Shown in pieces: positions 17,860 through 26,983 of a stretch of 64,000 bases of DNA. The position numbers and the translations under genes are program-made. Numbering within the stretch: position 1 is the stretch's first letter; the number at the start of each line of letters is the position of its first letter. Location of the stretch: NCBI GenBank assembly GCA_022840825.1, contig JALHDB010000001.1, positions 211,763 to 275,762 of the forward strand. Direction: 5' to 3'. The stretch comes from Negativicutes bacterium. Lineage in GTDB: Bacteria > Bacillota > Negativicutes > JALHDB01. The notes under the pieces were generated by a model that saw only the letters and a program-made list of their open reading frames with translations, was not told where the DNA came from and searched no databases.

Positions 17860-18591
17860 ATGGATAATTCTAGAGCTGTATCTATAACAAATTGTAGTTT
17901 GACAATTCCGGAATTTTGGCAGGGAGTAAAAAATGCCGGGCCAATTTTGGTAGGGGTCGTACCTTTTGGAATTACTTGTGGTGTAATGGGCTTGACAGCA
18001 GGTCTTACATCGCTGGAAACGGTGATGATGTCACTGTTGGTGTTTGCCGGGGCCTCACAATTTATTGGCATTACAATGTTGGGGGCTGGTATCACCGGCT
18101 GGGGTATTATTGTATTTACGACCTTATTGGTTAATCTGCGACATATGCTGATGGGAGCTTCCTTAGCTCCGCATATGGTGAAGCAACCTTTTTCACTGCA
18201 GGCGCTGCTTGCATTCTTATTAACTGATGAGGCGTATGCTATAACTATCAGTCGTATTGATAAAACCGGATATAATCCTTCCTATCAACTGGGGGCAAGT
18301 CTTTCACTGTATGTTTCGTGGTTCTTGTCGACGCTGGCAGGAGTATTGGTAGGTAGTTATATTGACGACCCGCTGGCTTGGGGGCTGGATTTTGCGATGC
18401 CTGTTACTTTTTTGGTATTACTTTTCCCTCGCTTGACCGACCGGACCAGTTTGGCTGTATGCATTGTTGCCGGTATTATTGCTATAGTCGGAGCTACATA
18501 TTTGCCGGGGAAATGGTATATGATTGCAGCCTGCCTGGTAGCAACGATCATCGGGGGTTTAATGGAAGGTGGTAAGGAAGATGCGCAGTGA
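17860..18591 (+). CDS. azlC: AzlC family branched-chain amino acid permease subunit
   Basis: AzlC signature GASQF and multi-TM profile. Divergent from the MocR regulator. Confidence 0.85.
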   Translation: MDNSRAVSITNCSLTIPEFWQGVKNAGPILVGVVPFGITCGVMGLTAGLTSLETVMMSLLVFAGASQFIGITMLGAGITGWGIIVFTTLLVNLRHMLMGASLAPHMVKQPFSLQALLAFLLTDEAYAITISRIDKTGYNPSYQLGASLSLYVSWFLSTLAGVLVGSYIDDPLAWGLDFAMPVTFLVLLFPRLTDRTSLAVCIVAGIIAIVGATYLPGKWYMIAACLVATIIGGLMEGGKEDAQ

Positions 18592-18901
18592 GATTTTTAT
18601 GCTAATCATTGGTATGGCACTAGTTACTTTTGCGACTAGATTTAGTTGTGTGGCGTTGTTTAGGCAAATGGGAATTCCTAATTGGCTGGAACGCTGGTTA
18701 AAACATATTCCTACTGCCATTCTTACGGCGTTGATTGTTCCAGCGTTGGTATTGCCGAAAGGGCAAATTGACATATCATTCCATAATCACTATTTATTGG
18801 CGGGCATTGTCGCTGCTGTTGTCGCCTATAAGAGCAGGAATATTCTTGTTACGCTGACCACCGGCATGGGAACTATGCTGGCACTGCGATGGTTTATTTG
18901 A
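18569..18901 (+). CDS. azlD: AzlD family branched-chain amino acid transport protein
   Basis: ~110 aa, 4-TM. Overlaps the azlC stop, suggesting translational coupling. Confidence 0.8.
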   Translation: MVRKMRSEIFMLIIGMALVTFATRFSCVALFRQMGIPNWLERWLKHIPTAILTALIVPALVLPKGQIDISFHNHYLLAGIVAAVVAYKSRNILVTLTTGMGTMLALRWFI

Positions 18902-18978
18902 TTAAAATTTATGGTAGATGGTACTGACTAAAGCTATTGTCTAACGTGGGAGTATGATATTTCTACTGATTAAAGAGA

Positions 18979-19003
18979 AAATAGCGGGTGGTCCCGCTAT
19001 TTA
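18979..19003 (+). terminator. terminator-like hairpin after azlD
   Basis: aatagcggg-tggt-cccgctatt stem. Weak T-run. Confidence 0.45.
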
Positions 19004-19159
19004 GTGGTTAGCAGTATTTTGTTTACGACGATTTAACATAATTATCCGGCTATATGGATGGCTAATTTTTGATCTCCAGCAGTAACAGACGGCAATTTAT
19101 ATATAACTGTTAGTAACTGCTAGGGCGAGAGTTCTTTTCTTTATACTTGAAGATGCTTT

Positions 19160-19294
19160 TTAAGTTGATGGATGATTGATATCATTAGTGTGTTTATCAG
19201 CGAGATAAGTATCATTTTGTGCAGTTTTATTTTTTCTTTTGGTTTTTTTCTGTTCTAAAGAATCATTTGTATGCGGTAATTTTTTGCGGACCAT
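19160..19294 (-). CDS. unannotated small Lys-rich ORF (44 aa)
   Basis: GGAGGTG RBS 6 nt before the ATG. Hand-translated as MVRKKLPHTNDSLEQKKTKRKNKTAQNDTYLADKHTNDINHPST. Below the ORF-track size cutoff. Confidence 0.35.
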   Translation of the reverse strand: MVRKKLPHTNDSLEQKKTKRKNKTAQNDTYLADKHTNDINHPST

Positions 19295-19441
19295 GATTAT
19301 CACCTCCAGTATTAGTTTTGCCAAGATCGTAATGCTATTTCCTGGAAATAAATGTAATTAATTTTTCATTAATGATTGCAATATAAAAAATATGATGAAT
19401 GTTGCGATTGGTAATGAAGCAAGCTAAATGTAAACTGGAAT

Positions 19442-19825
19442 GTGACGGTAAGCAGAGCGGGGGTAATAATCACGTCTAAGCAAACGGTAGTATTTGATTT
19501 TGACGGTGTTATAAATAGCTATACCAGCTGCTGGCAGGGGACTGCAGTAATTTCAGACCCGCCGGTTGAAGGAATCCGCGAAGCAATTGCTAAGATACGC
19601 CGAAGTTATCGGGTTGTAGTTGTGTCGTCAAGATGTTCTCAGCCGGGGGGAATTGAGGCAATAAGAAATTATTTAGAAAAACATAATATTATTGTTGATG
19701 ATATTGCTGTTAATAAACCGCCTGCTGTTGTCTACATTGATGACCGAGCACTTACCTTTGACGGCCATCCGGAGACTTTATTAGCTAAAATTAAGGCATT
19801 TAAACCTTGGAACAAGAATAAATAA
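19442..19825 (+). CDS. HAD superfamily small phosphatase
   Basis: Motif I VVFDFDGVI (DxDG). Later motifs VVVVSS and VYIDD. Confidence 0.6.
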   Translation: MTVSRAGVIITSKQTVVFDFDGVINSYTSCWQGTAVISDPPVEGIREAIAKIRRSYRVVVVSSRCSQPGGIEAIRNYLEKHNIIVDDIAVNKPPAVVYIDDRALTFDGHPETLLAKIKAFKPWNKNK

Positions 19826-19858
19826 TCACCGCCTCTATGAGGCGGTGATTATTTATCT
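19824..19858 (+). terminator. rho-independent terminator
   Basis: 12-bp perfect stem aatcaccgcctc / gaggcggtgatt followed by an atttatctt tract. Confidence 0.6.
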
Positions 19859-19966
19859 TATTCAGCGAGTTAAGACTCCCGCCTCTATAGGCGGCGTCAG
19901 CTCAGGTGGAGTTGACTCTCCACCTGAGCCCCCGATGTTTCAGCTTTGCGCTTTGCTGAAACGAGT

Positions 19967-20122
19967 TCACTCTTGTGTCTCAACTGTATCATCTGTTGGT
20001 TTATCATCTTTTTGAGCTTTGGGAGGCTTGTCTAAGTCATTGGTAGGAAACGATCCTAAGGTCGCTGTAATGAGTTCCGCATCGGAAACACTGGAAAAGT
20101 TGCCGGAAACTAACTTTTTCAT
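19967..20122 (-). CDS. unannotated small acidic ORF (51 aa)
   Basis: Consensus AAGGAGG RBS 6 nt before the ATG. Hand-translated as MKKLVSGNFSSVSDAELITATLGSFPTNDLDKPPKAQKDDKPTDDTVETQE. Structured hairpins lie downstream. Confidence 0.45.
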   Translation of the reverse strand: MKKLVSGNFSSVSDAELITATLGSFPTNDLDKPPKAQKDDKPTDDTVETQE

Positions 20123-20299
20123 AGCAAACCTCCTTGTGTTTTTATTGCAGAATATCGCTATTATATGAATATGTAATTTGATCCATGATTATTCTTGGAA
20201 GTTTTTGCATTTTTTATAGACAAGCTGTAATTGCTATAATTGTAACATCACTATTGCGGTTTACATATTATAGATAGGAATCAGATAGGAGGTTCCTAT

Positions 20300-20473
20300 A
20301 TGATGATTTATTGCTGTAAGTATTGTCCGTGTAGGTTTTGTCCGTATGGATTCTGTCCGTATTATCAAAATTCTAATAATGATTCCGGCAGTATTGGTTT
20401 TATATATTTTCCCGAACTGGTCGTAGGTACATCTTTGCCGCAATTATTTCCGGAACTATATTTTTATCCATAA
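20300..20473 (+). CDS. unannotated Cys-rich small ORF (57 aa)
   Basis: AGGAGG RBS 6 nt upstream. Translation is MMIYCCKYCPCRFCPYGFCPYYQNSNNDSGSIGFIYFPELVVGTSLPQLFPELYFYP. The DNA carries three tandem tgtccgt units. Confidence 0.45.
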   Translation: MMIYCCKYCPCRFCPYGFCPYYQNSNNDSGSIGFIYFPELVVGTSLPQLFPELYFYP

Positions 20474-20552
20474 CTACTTTGCCCACTGATCGGTTTTTTG
20501 TAATCCGGCAGCCTAATTGTCTGCCGGTATTTTATATGGGAATATATATCAG

Positions 20553-20581
20553 TTGATTTTTAGGATAGGTAATTTTATAAT
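20553..20581 (+). promoter_or_regulatory. sigma-A-type promoter of dinB (TTGATT-17-TATAAT)
   Basis: Spacing and hexamers match the consensus. Immediately upstream of the LexA box. Confidence 0.5.
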
Positions 20582-20586
20582 AATAT

Positions 20587-20600
20587 AGAACATATGTTCT
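20587..20600. promoter_or_regulatory. LexA operator (Firmicutes Cheo/SOS box, GAAC-N4-GTTC)
   Basis: Perfect palindrome aGAACATATGTTCt, 18 nt upstream of the dinB start. Confidence 0.7.
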
Positions 20601-20617
20601 ATATTGGGGGCCTAAAG

Positions 20618-21853
20618 ATGCAACGAACAATTTTTCATATTGATTTGAATAATTTTTATGCCAGTGTTGAGTGCTTATACAGGCCGGAACTACGCCATAG
20701 ACCAATTGCTGTTTGTGGCGACGTTGAAGCGCGTCACGGGATTGTATTGGCTAAAAATTATCCGGCCAAGCAATCTGGGGTTAAGACCGGGGAAGCAATT
20801 TGGCAGGCTAAGCAAAAATGTCCGGGTTTGATTACGGTTCCGCCTGATTTTCGCAAATACCTGCGCTTTTCGAGACTGGCTAAGTTAATATATGCTGATT
20901 ATACTGATCAGATTGAACCCTTCGGTATCGACGAGGCGTGGCTTGATATGTCAAGGTCATTAAAGATATTTGGCGATGCACACATGATTGCCACTGAAAT
21001 TAGGCGCCGGTTGCGGGAAGAAATTGGTATTACCGGGTCCATCGGTATTTCGTTTAATAAAATTTTTGCTAAATTAGGCAGCGATTTAAACAAGCCGGAT
21101 GCTACAACTGTTATTACGGAGAACAATTTTCAAAAAATAGTATGGCCGCTGCCGGTGGGCGAATTACTGTATGTTGGACGTTCAACCCAGCGGAAACTTG
21201 AAAATCGCGCGATATTTACCGTCGGTGATCTTGCTAAAGCTGATGTAAACGGTTTGCGTCTGTTACTAGGCGTGTGGGGTGAGACGTTATGGAATTTTGC
21301 TAATGGTTATGATGCAGCTGTCGTGCGGCATTCCGGGGAAGAGTATTTAATTAAATCTGTCGGTAACAGCACTACTACAGCACGGGATTTAAGAAATGAA
21401 CAAGATGCAAAATTAATAATTTTTGTACTTAGCGAGAGTATTGCCGCGCGGCTGCGTGAGCTTGGACTAAAATGCACAACAGTTGCGATTACTATACGGA
21501 ATATTGAACTTGTATCATGCGTAAGGCAAGGAAAACTAACAAGACCGTCATTTTTGTCTGCCGAGATTGCTCAGACAGCACTGGAATTGTTGACAAATTA
21601 TAATTGGGATAAACCTATCCGCAGCCTTGGTGTACGCGGTTGCGATTTGGTGACGGCGAATGAGCATATTCAACTAAATTTGTTTGAGGGCGATAGAACA
21701 TCATCGGAAGAACTTGAGAAAACAGTAGACGGAATAAGAGCGCGCTTCGGTCATTATAGTGTACGGCGGTGTTCGATGCTATTAGATCGAAAATTAACTG
21801 GATTCAGTCCCAAAGAGGACCATGTAATTCATCCAGTATCTTTTTTTAGGTGA
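20618..21853 (+). CDS. dinB: DNA polymerase IV (Y-family translesion polymerase)
   Basis: MQRTIFHIDLNNFYASVE and later Y-family motifs. Start placed at the ATG following a GGGGG RBS, since the track's upstream ATG lies inside the LexA box. Confidence 0.9.
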   Translation: MQRTIFHIDLNNFYASVECLYRPELRHRPIAVCGDVEARHGIVLAKNYPAKQSGVKTGEAIWQAKQKCPGLITVPPDFRKYLRFSRLAKLIYADYTDQIEPFGIDEAWLDMSRSLKIFGDAHMIATEIRRRLREEIGITGSIGISFNKIFAKLGSDLNKPDATTVITENNFQKIVWPLPVGELLYVGRSTQRKLENRAIFTVGDLAKADVNGLRLLLGVWGETLWNFANGYDAAVVRHSGEEYLIKSVGNSTTTARDLRNEQDAKLIIFVLSESIAARLRELGLKCTTVAITIRNIELVSCVRQGKLTRPSFLSAEIAQTALELLTNYNWDKPIRSLGVRGCDLVTANEHIQLNLFEGDRTSSEELEKTVDGIRARFGHYSVRRCSMLLDRKLTGFSPKEDHVIHPVSFFR

Positions 21854-21857
21854 TTAT

Positions 21858-22088
21858 ATGGGTAAGATTTTTGTGAAAGTAACAGCAGAGCATAATACTG
21901 ACGGACAAATCCGTCCACTGATAATAACCTGGACAGATGGGAGAAATTTTGCAATTGATCGTATTTTAGCCATATGCCCGGCGGCCTCGCTTAAAGGCGG
22001 AGGGCAAGGTATGCGATATACTTGCCGTATTTACGGTAAGCAAGTATATTTGTTTTGTGATGAAGGCCGGTGGTTTTTAGAAATTTGA
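21858..22088 (+). CDS. small conserved protein translationally coupled to dinB (76 aa; YolD-like accessory role suspected)
   Basis: AGGTGA RBS 4 nt after the dinB stop. A degraded paralog exists at 3463..3665. Confidence 0.6.
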   Translation: MGKIFVKVTAEHNTDGQIRPLIITWTDGRNFAIDRILAICPAASLKGGGQGMRYTCRIYGKQVYLFCDEGRWFLEI

Positions 22089-22153
22089 GGTTGGGAGACT
22101 TAATACAAATATATATTGCAACGATGCATAACAGGACAAGATTAGGGCAAACC

Positions 22154-22182
22154 TTTTCTAAAAGTACTGCTCATGGTATAAT
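22154..22182 (+). promoter_or_regulatory. candidate extended -10 promoter (TGGTATAAT) for the yqeG operon
   Basis: tgg-tataat, 29 nt upstream of the GAGGAGG RBS. Confidence 0.35.
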
Positions 22183-22210
22183 TTAACTTACAGAATGAGG
22201 AGGAATTGGT

Positions 22211-22717
22211 TTGTACCAATTACTTTGCCCTAGTTTGTTTGTTGACTCTGTTCATGATATTCAGCTTGAAAGTTTACAAAGACGAAACATTCAAGGGCTT
22301 ATTTTAGACCTAGACAATACTATATTGATTTGGGATGAAAATGAATTTGCGCCGGAAATACTTTCATGGTTACAAAATGTCCATTTACAAGGTTTTAAGG
22401 TCGTTTTGGTATCTAATAATCATCGTACGCGAGTAGAAAAAATGGCCGGAATACTGCAGATTCCATTCATCCATCGGGCTCTGAAGCCAACCAAGAGCGG
22501 CTTTTACCAAGCTATGAAAATTATGGATTTGCCGGCTGAACAAATTGCAGTTGTCGGAGATCAATTGTTTACAGATATTCTTGGCGGTAACCGCATGGGT
22601 TTTTTCACAATTTTGGTTAAGTCGCTTAGCTCAAAAGAGTTTATTGGCACAAGGCTTACCCGACAGCTGGAAAAAGTAGCAGTTAAAATATTAAAGGCCA
22701 AGGGCTTGTTGAAGTAG
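22211..22717 (+). CDS. yqeG: YqeG family HAD-IIIA phosphatase
   Basis: ILDLDNTIL motif I and VVLVSNN motif. Size and architecture match TIGR01668. Confidence 0.8.
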   Translation: MYQLLCPSLFVDSVHDIQLESLQRRNIQGLILDLDNTILIWDENEFAPEILSWLQNVHLQGFKVVLVSNNHRTRVEKMAGILQIPFIHRALKPTKSGFYQAMKIMDLPAEQIAVVGDQLFTDILGGNRMGFFTILVKSLSSKEFIGTRLTRQLEKVAVKILKAKGLLK

Positions 22718-22726
22718 GGGGAAAAT

Positions 22727-23506
22727 ATGAAGGTTGCAATGATTCAAATGGAGGTAATACCCGGGGCAATAGAACAAAATCGAAGCCATGGACTGGAATT
22801 AGCCAGACAAGTCGCTAATCAAGCAGATGTCCTTGTGTTCCCGGAAGTTTGGACAACCGGATATTCTTTGGGAAATATCGAAGAAAAAGCGGAGCATATT
22901 GATGGACCGACCATTTCGCAGTTGCGGGAGGTGGCCCAAAAATATCATGTTAATGTTATTGCCGGTTCCATTCCGCTAAAACTTGTCGATAAGATCTATA
23001 ATGCTGCTGTAATTATTGATACTAAGGGCGATGTAATTGCTCATTATGAAAAAATGCATTTATTCAGTTTTACCAATGAGGCCAGATTTTTTTCATCTGG
23101 ACAAGGATTGTGCCAATTTGAACTGAACCAAGTTCCATCAGGAATAGCGATTTGCTATGATTTGAGATTCCCGGAAATATTTCGGATGATGGCCTTGCAA
23201 GGAGCTAAAGTAATATATCTGCCGGCCGAATGGCCTACTGTTCGGAATGAGAACTGGCGGGTATTGTGTCAAGCCAGAGCAATTGAAAATCAATTATTTA
23301 TTTGTGCAGTTAACTGTGTTGGCGATTTTAAAGGAAACCCGTTCTATGGACATTCGCTGTTGATTGCACCCAGCGGAAAAATATTAGCGGAAGGAACCGA
23401 TGAGGAACAAATAGTTATTGCTGATATCGATATGCAGATATTTGATAAGGTCCGTAACAGCATGTCGGTTTTTGCTGACCGACGGTCGGAACTGTATCAG
23501 CTATGA
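22727..23506 (+). CDS. carbon-nitrogen hydrolase family protein (nitrilase/amidase superfamily)
   Basis: CN-hydrolase fold motifs (PEVW, catalytic-triad context AICYD). Confidence 0.85.
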   Translation: MKVAMIQMEVIPGAIEQNRSHGLELARQVANQADVLVFPEVWTTGYSLGNIEEKAEHIDGPTISQLREVAQKYHVNVIAGSIPLKLVDKIYNAAVIIDTKGDVIAHYEKMHLFSFTNEARFFSSGQGLCQFELNQVPSGIAICYDLRFPEIFRMMALQGAKVIYLPAEWPTVRNENWRVLCQARAIENQLFICAVNCVGDFKGNPFYGHSLLIAPSGKILAEGTDEEQIVIADIDMQIFDKVRNSMSVFADRRSELYQL

Positions 23507-24363
23507 TTAACGCTAGAACTAAATTCGTCGGGTTACTTGGCTGGCCGGTGGAGCACTCTCTCTCTCCGTTTATTCACAATCTGGCATTTGACCATTTTAA
23601 AATAAACTGGCGGTATATTCCCTTGCCTGTTCAGCCCGGTTGTTTAGAGCAGGCCGTAAGTGGGTTGAAAGCATTAAATTTTATTGGTGTAAACGTTACA
23701 ATTCCCCATAAAGTAGATATTGTCAAATATGTAGATGAATTAGATGATGCCGCAAAGGGGATCGGTGCAGTAAATACCTTGGCGATAGCGGGCAATAAGG
23801 TACACGGGTTTAATACTGATGCGGGAGGCTTTCTTAATTCGTTGATCCGTTGCGGATTTACCATTAAAGGTAAAAAGGCCGTATTACTGGGGGCGGGCGG
23901 AGCGGCCCGGGCCGTGATACATAGTTTGCTGCATAACGGAATTGCTGAAGTAGCGGTGGGTGGCCGTAATCAGGAAAAAATAAGCAAATGGTGTCAGGGG
24001 TTGGCCGGCATATTGCGGGTCAAGGCTTATGATTGGTTAAGTGCTGATTTTGCTAGTCAACTTAAAGATTGCGATTTAATTATAAACTGTACTCCGCTGG
24101 GAATGTCGCCTAATGCTTTTGAATATCCACCGGTAGATTGGAGTATAGTCAACTCCAGCGCCATCGCGTATGATTTAATATATAATCCGCTGGAAACATG
24201 TTTTTTGCAACAGGCTAAACAAAATGGATTGGCTACAATTAACGGATTGGCAATGCTCATTGAGCAAGCATTGCTGTCATTTTCGATCTGGACGGGTACA
24301 GATACTTCATCGGACAGATTATATGCACAAATTGAATCATATTTAAAGATGCAATTAAAATAA
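23503..24363 (+). CDS. aroE: shikimate dehydrogenase
   Basis: N-terminal GWPVEHSLSP and NVTIPHK signatures. NADP-binding GAGGAARA. Confidence 0.9.
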   Translation: MINARTKFVGLLGWPVEHSLSPFIHNLAFDHFKINWRYIPLPVQPGCLEQAVSGLKALNFIGVNVTIPHKVDIVKYVDELDDAAKGIGAVNTLAIAGNKVHGFNTDAGGFLNSLIRCGFTIKGKKAVLLGAGGAARAVIHSLLHNGIAEVAVGGRNQEKISKWCQGLAGILRVKAYDWLSADFASQLKDCDLIINCTPLGMSPNAFEYPPVDWSIVNSSAIAYDLIYNPLETCFLQQAKQNGLATINGLAMLIEQALLSFSIWTGTDTSSDRLYAQIESYLKMQLK

Positions 24364-24494
24364 AATTTTTTACAATTTTTTGCAGGATAATTTGTAAAAA
24401 TATAGAAGAAATTAAATAACAGAAAATTCATCTAACCGTTTGACGGTATATTCTACCGGCCAACGGTTGCTTTTTTTGCTGGAGAAGGTGGATT

Positions 24495-25715
24495 ATGGCC
24501 CAATTTTTTGTCTATCGTGCCAAAGATGATCAAGGCAAGGAATTCAAAGGTGAATTATTGGCTCCGGATAAGCATGCAGTTGCTGTTCATTTGCGGGAGA
24601 AGGGCTATTATATTACTGAAATTATAGTGAGCAGACGATCGATAGCTATGTCGGTGATGGAACATTTTCAGTCGGTAAGTGAACGAAGCTTGTCGATATT
24701 TTGCCAACAATTTGCTACATTAATGGATGCAGGAGTAAATTTAGTCCAAAGTTTAAGTGTGATATTAGCACAGACAAGCAATTTAACATTACAAAGTGTC
24801 TTGCAGGATGTCTATCAAAGCGTACAGGAAGGGGAGTCTTTAGCTCAGGCGTTGAACCGTCATCCCAGTACTTTTCCGCGGTTAATGATAAGTATGGTTG
24901 AAGCTGCCGAATTGGGCGGAGTATTGGATATTGTTTTACAGCAATTAGCTGAATATTTTGAAAAAGAGTATCAACTACAGGAAAAAATACGGGCCGCCTT
25001 GGTATATCCGCTTTTTGTGCTATGTTTAGCCGGTGGAGCGGTGACATTCATTATCATGTATGTATTTCCTCAGTTTGTCAATTTTTATAAGGATTTAAGA
25101 TTAGAATTACCTGCGCCGACATTACAGTTTATAAACTTTATGAGTAATATACGAAGCAATGGTGCGGAATATTTAGGTTGGCTTTTAGCTATAGTATGCG
25201 GGTTGTATGGCGCTAAACAGACCGTTCCGGGGCGTCAGGTTTGGGAAAGCCTTTTATTTCATTTGCCGCTGCTGGGGAATATCTGGCGTAAAAACTTAAT
25301 AGTAAGGTTTAGCCGAATGCTGAGTATTTTGCTGCAAGGCGGAGTTCCGCTGCTGCTGGCGGTCGAAGCAGTGAGAAAAATGGTTGATAACTTAACGATG
25401 AATAAGACACTGATAGCTGTTGAGAACAGCTTAAAAGCCGGCTGGGGGTTAAGTGTTCCTTTAAGAGAACAAGATTTTTTTACACCGGTTTTTATGCAAA
25501 TGATTTCAGTAGGAGAGCAAACAGGGAATCTTGACCGGGTTTTGGGCAAAGTAGCCGATGCTTATGAACGGGATGTTCAGCATTCCTTGGATTGTATGAA
25601 CCATTTGCTGGAACCGGTATTAATTACAATAACCGCAGGAATCGTCGGGTTTTTACTAATTGTTATTATTTTGCCTTTGTTTGAAGTTATTACCGATATT
25701 TCACGGGCATTATGA
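24495..25715 (+). CDS. type IV filament platform protein, GspF/PilC family (ComGB-like), copy 1
   Basis: Two GspF repeats, 3 TM, 406 aa. First gene of a pseudopilin operon. Confidence 0.9.
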   Translation: MAQFFVYRAKDDQGKEFKGELLAPDKHAVAVHLREKGYYITEIIVSRRSIAMSVMEHFQSVSERSLSIFCQQFATLMDAGVNLVQSLSVILAQTSNLTLQSVLQDVYQSVQEGESLAQALNRHPSTFPRLMISMVEAAELGGVLDIVLQQLAEYFEKEYQLQEKIRAALVYPLFVLCLAGGAVTFIIMYVFPQFVNFYKDLRLELPAPTLQFINFMSNIRSNGAEYLGWLLAIVCGLYGAKQTVPGRQVWESLLFHLPLLGNIWRKNLIVRFSRMLSILLQGGVPLLLAVEAVRKMVDNLTMNKTLIAVENSLKAGWGLSVPLREQDFFTPVFMQMISVGEQTGNLDRVLGKVADAYERDVQHSLDCMNHLLEPVLITITAGIVGFLLIVIILPLFEVITDISRAL

Positions 25716-25744
25716 TGCTTAAAGTTTTAAAAGAGGCGGTATGA

Positions 25745-26110
25745 GTGAGAAGGTTGGGATGCAATAGTAATAAAGGCTTAACGCTGGTTGAACTAATTGT
25801 TGTTCTTGCTATTATCAGCATATTGACTGGGATCGTGGTGCCTAAGATGGGTACAATTGTTGATCAGGCCAAAGATACTAAGCTGCTGGCTGATTTATGC
25901 TTACTAGACACAGTAATTATGGTTTATTATAGCGACCATAATGCCTATCCGGTGAAACTTGCCGATTTGGTTCCTGACTATATTCACTTAGAACCGCAGG
26001 ATGCTTTAGGACAAGCTTTTTATTACTTGGTTGATGAAGACGGGAACGGATATGTTTTAAAAGGAAAGAACACCTGTAATCAGGATGTGCAGTCAGAAGC
26101 AAGTCAATAG
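25745..26110 (+). CDS. prepilin-type major pseudopilin (ComGC-like)
   Basis: Class III signal KG/LTLVELIVVLAII followed by a short periplasmic domain. Confidence 0.75.
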   Translation: MRRLGCNSNKGLTLVELIVVLAIISILTGIVVPKMGTIVDQAKDTKLLADLCLLDTVIMVYYSDHNAYPVKLADLVPDYIHLEPQDALGQAFYYLVDEDGNGYVLKGKNTCNQDVQSEASQ

Positions 26111-26125
26111 CAAGAGGGTGTCGAA

Positions 26126-26602
26126 GTGAAACAGAAAAAGTACTTGTTTGCGCAAGGTTATTCTCTGGTGGAGTTTATAATTACGATATGCTTATTATTG
26201 ATTGCCGGTCAATTTGCATTGGCTTCGTATAAAGGTTTTTTAAACCTGCAATATAAGGTTAAATTGGATTGTGCGGTAAATATGGTAGCGGCGGATATTC
26301 GTCTCATTCAGCAAAAAAATCTTAATTCAGGGAATGGCCATTCGTACAAAATTTTATTTTTTACCGATTATCCTCAGCGATATATTATCGTTGACCGTCT
26401 TACCGCAATCAGACAAGTCACTTTTGATCAAAGCGGTTTTTCGGACGTACTTATACAGGGAGCACCGCCGGAAATAAAGTTCAACTCGGATGGTGTTCCG
26501 GTCTCAGGATACACTTTGATATTAAAGTCTAAAGGCCATATTCCGGTTTATAGCCGTCAGATTACCGTTCTACCGGCAACCGGGAGGGTGATGGTAAAGT
26601 GA
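26126..26602 (+). CDS. prepilin-type minor pseudopilin (ComGD/GspH-like)
   Basis: QG/YSLVEFII N-terminal methylation motif. Confidence 0.7.
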   Translation: MKQKKYLFAQGYSLVEFIITICLLLIAGQFALASYKGFLNLQYKVKLDCAVNMVAADIRLIQQKNLNSGNGHSYKILFFTDYPQRYIIVDRLTAIRQVTFDQSGFSDVLIQGAPPEIKFNSDGVPVSGYTLILKSKGHIPVYSRQITVLPATGRVMVK

Positions 26603-26976
26603 AAGGTTTCATTCTGGCTGAAGTAAGTTTAGCTATTTTAATATTGGGTACGGCGATTTTAACATTAATAAGTTTACTGTTGCCAATGGCGGTTGCAGTC
26701 CATCAGTCTAACAATCAGATGCAAGCAGTATATCTTGCTCAAGAGCAGATAGAGCGAATCAGGCAAGGTACGACAACAAAGACGGGGATGCAAACCATAT
26801 TATTCGATAATAAACGATACCAGCTATTGTGGAATGAAACAGTGCGGGATACTTATATTGAAACAGATTTAACACAAATAAACGTTAAAATTGAATGGAT
26901 GACTAATAGGGGACCCCAAGCGGTTTTGCTTTCGACATTATCTGCCGGAGGATTACCAACCGGCCCGCAATGGTAG
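26599..26976 (+). CDS. prepilin-type minor pseudopilin (ComGE/GspI-like)
   Basis: KG/FILAEVSLAIL N-terminal motif. Overlaps the upstream stop. Confidence 0.65.
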   Translation: MKGFILAEVSLAILILGTAILTLISLLLPMAVAVHQSNNQMQAVYLAQEQIERIRQGTTTKTGMQTILFDNKRYQLLWNETVRDTYIETDLTQINVKIEWMTNRGPQAVLLSTLSAGGLPTGPQW

Positions 26977-26983
26977 GAGCTAA

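Noticed and set aside
20261-20443. 60-aa minus-strand ORF
   Set aside because: The plus-strand Cys-rich ORF at 20300..20473 has a consensus RBS. The minus ORF has none and shows low-complexity translation.
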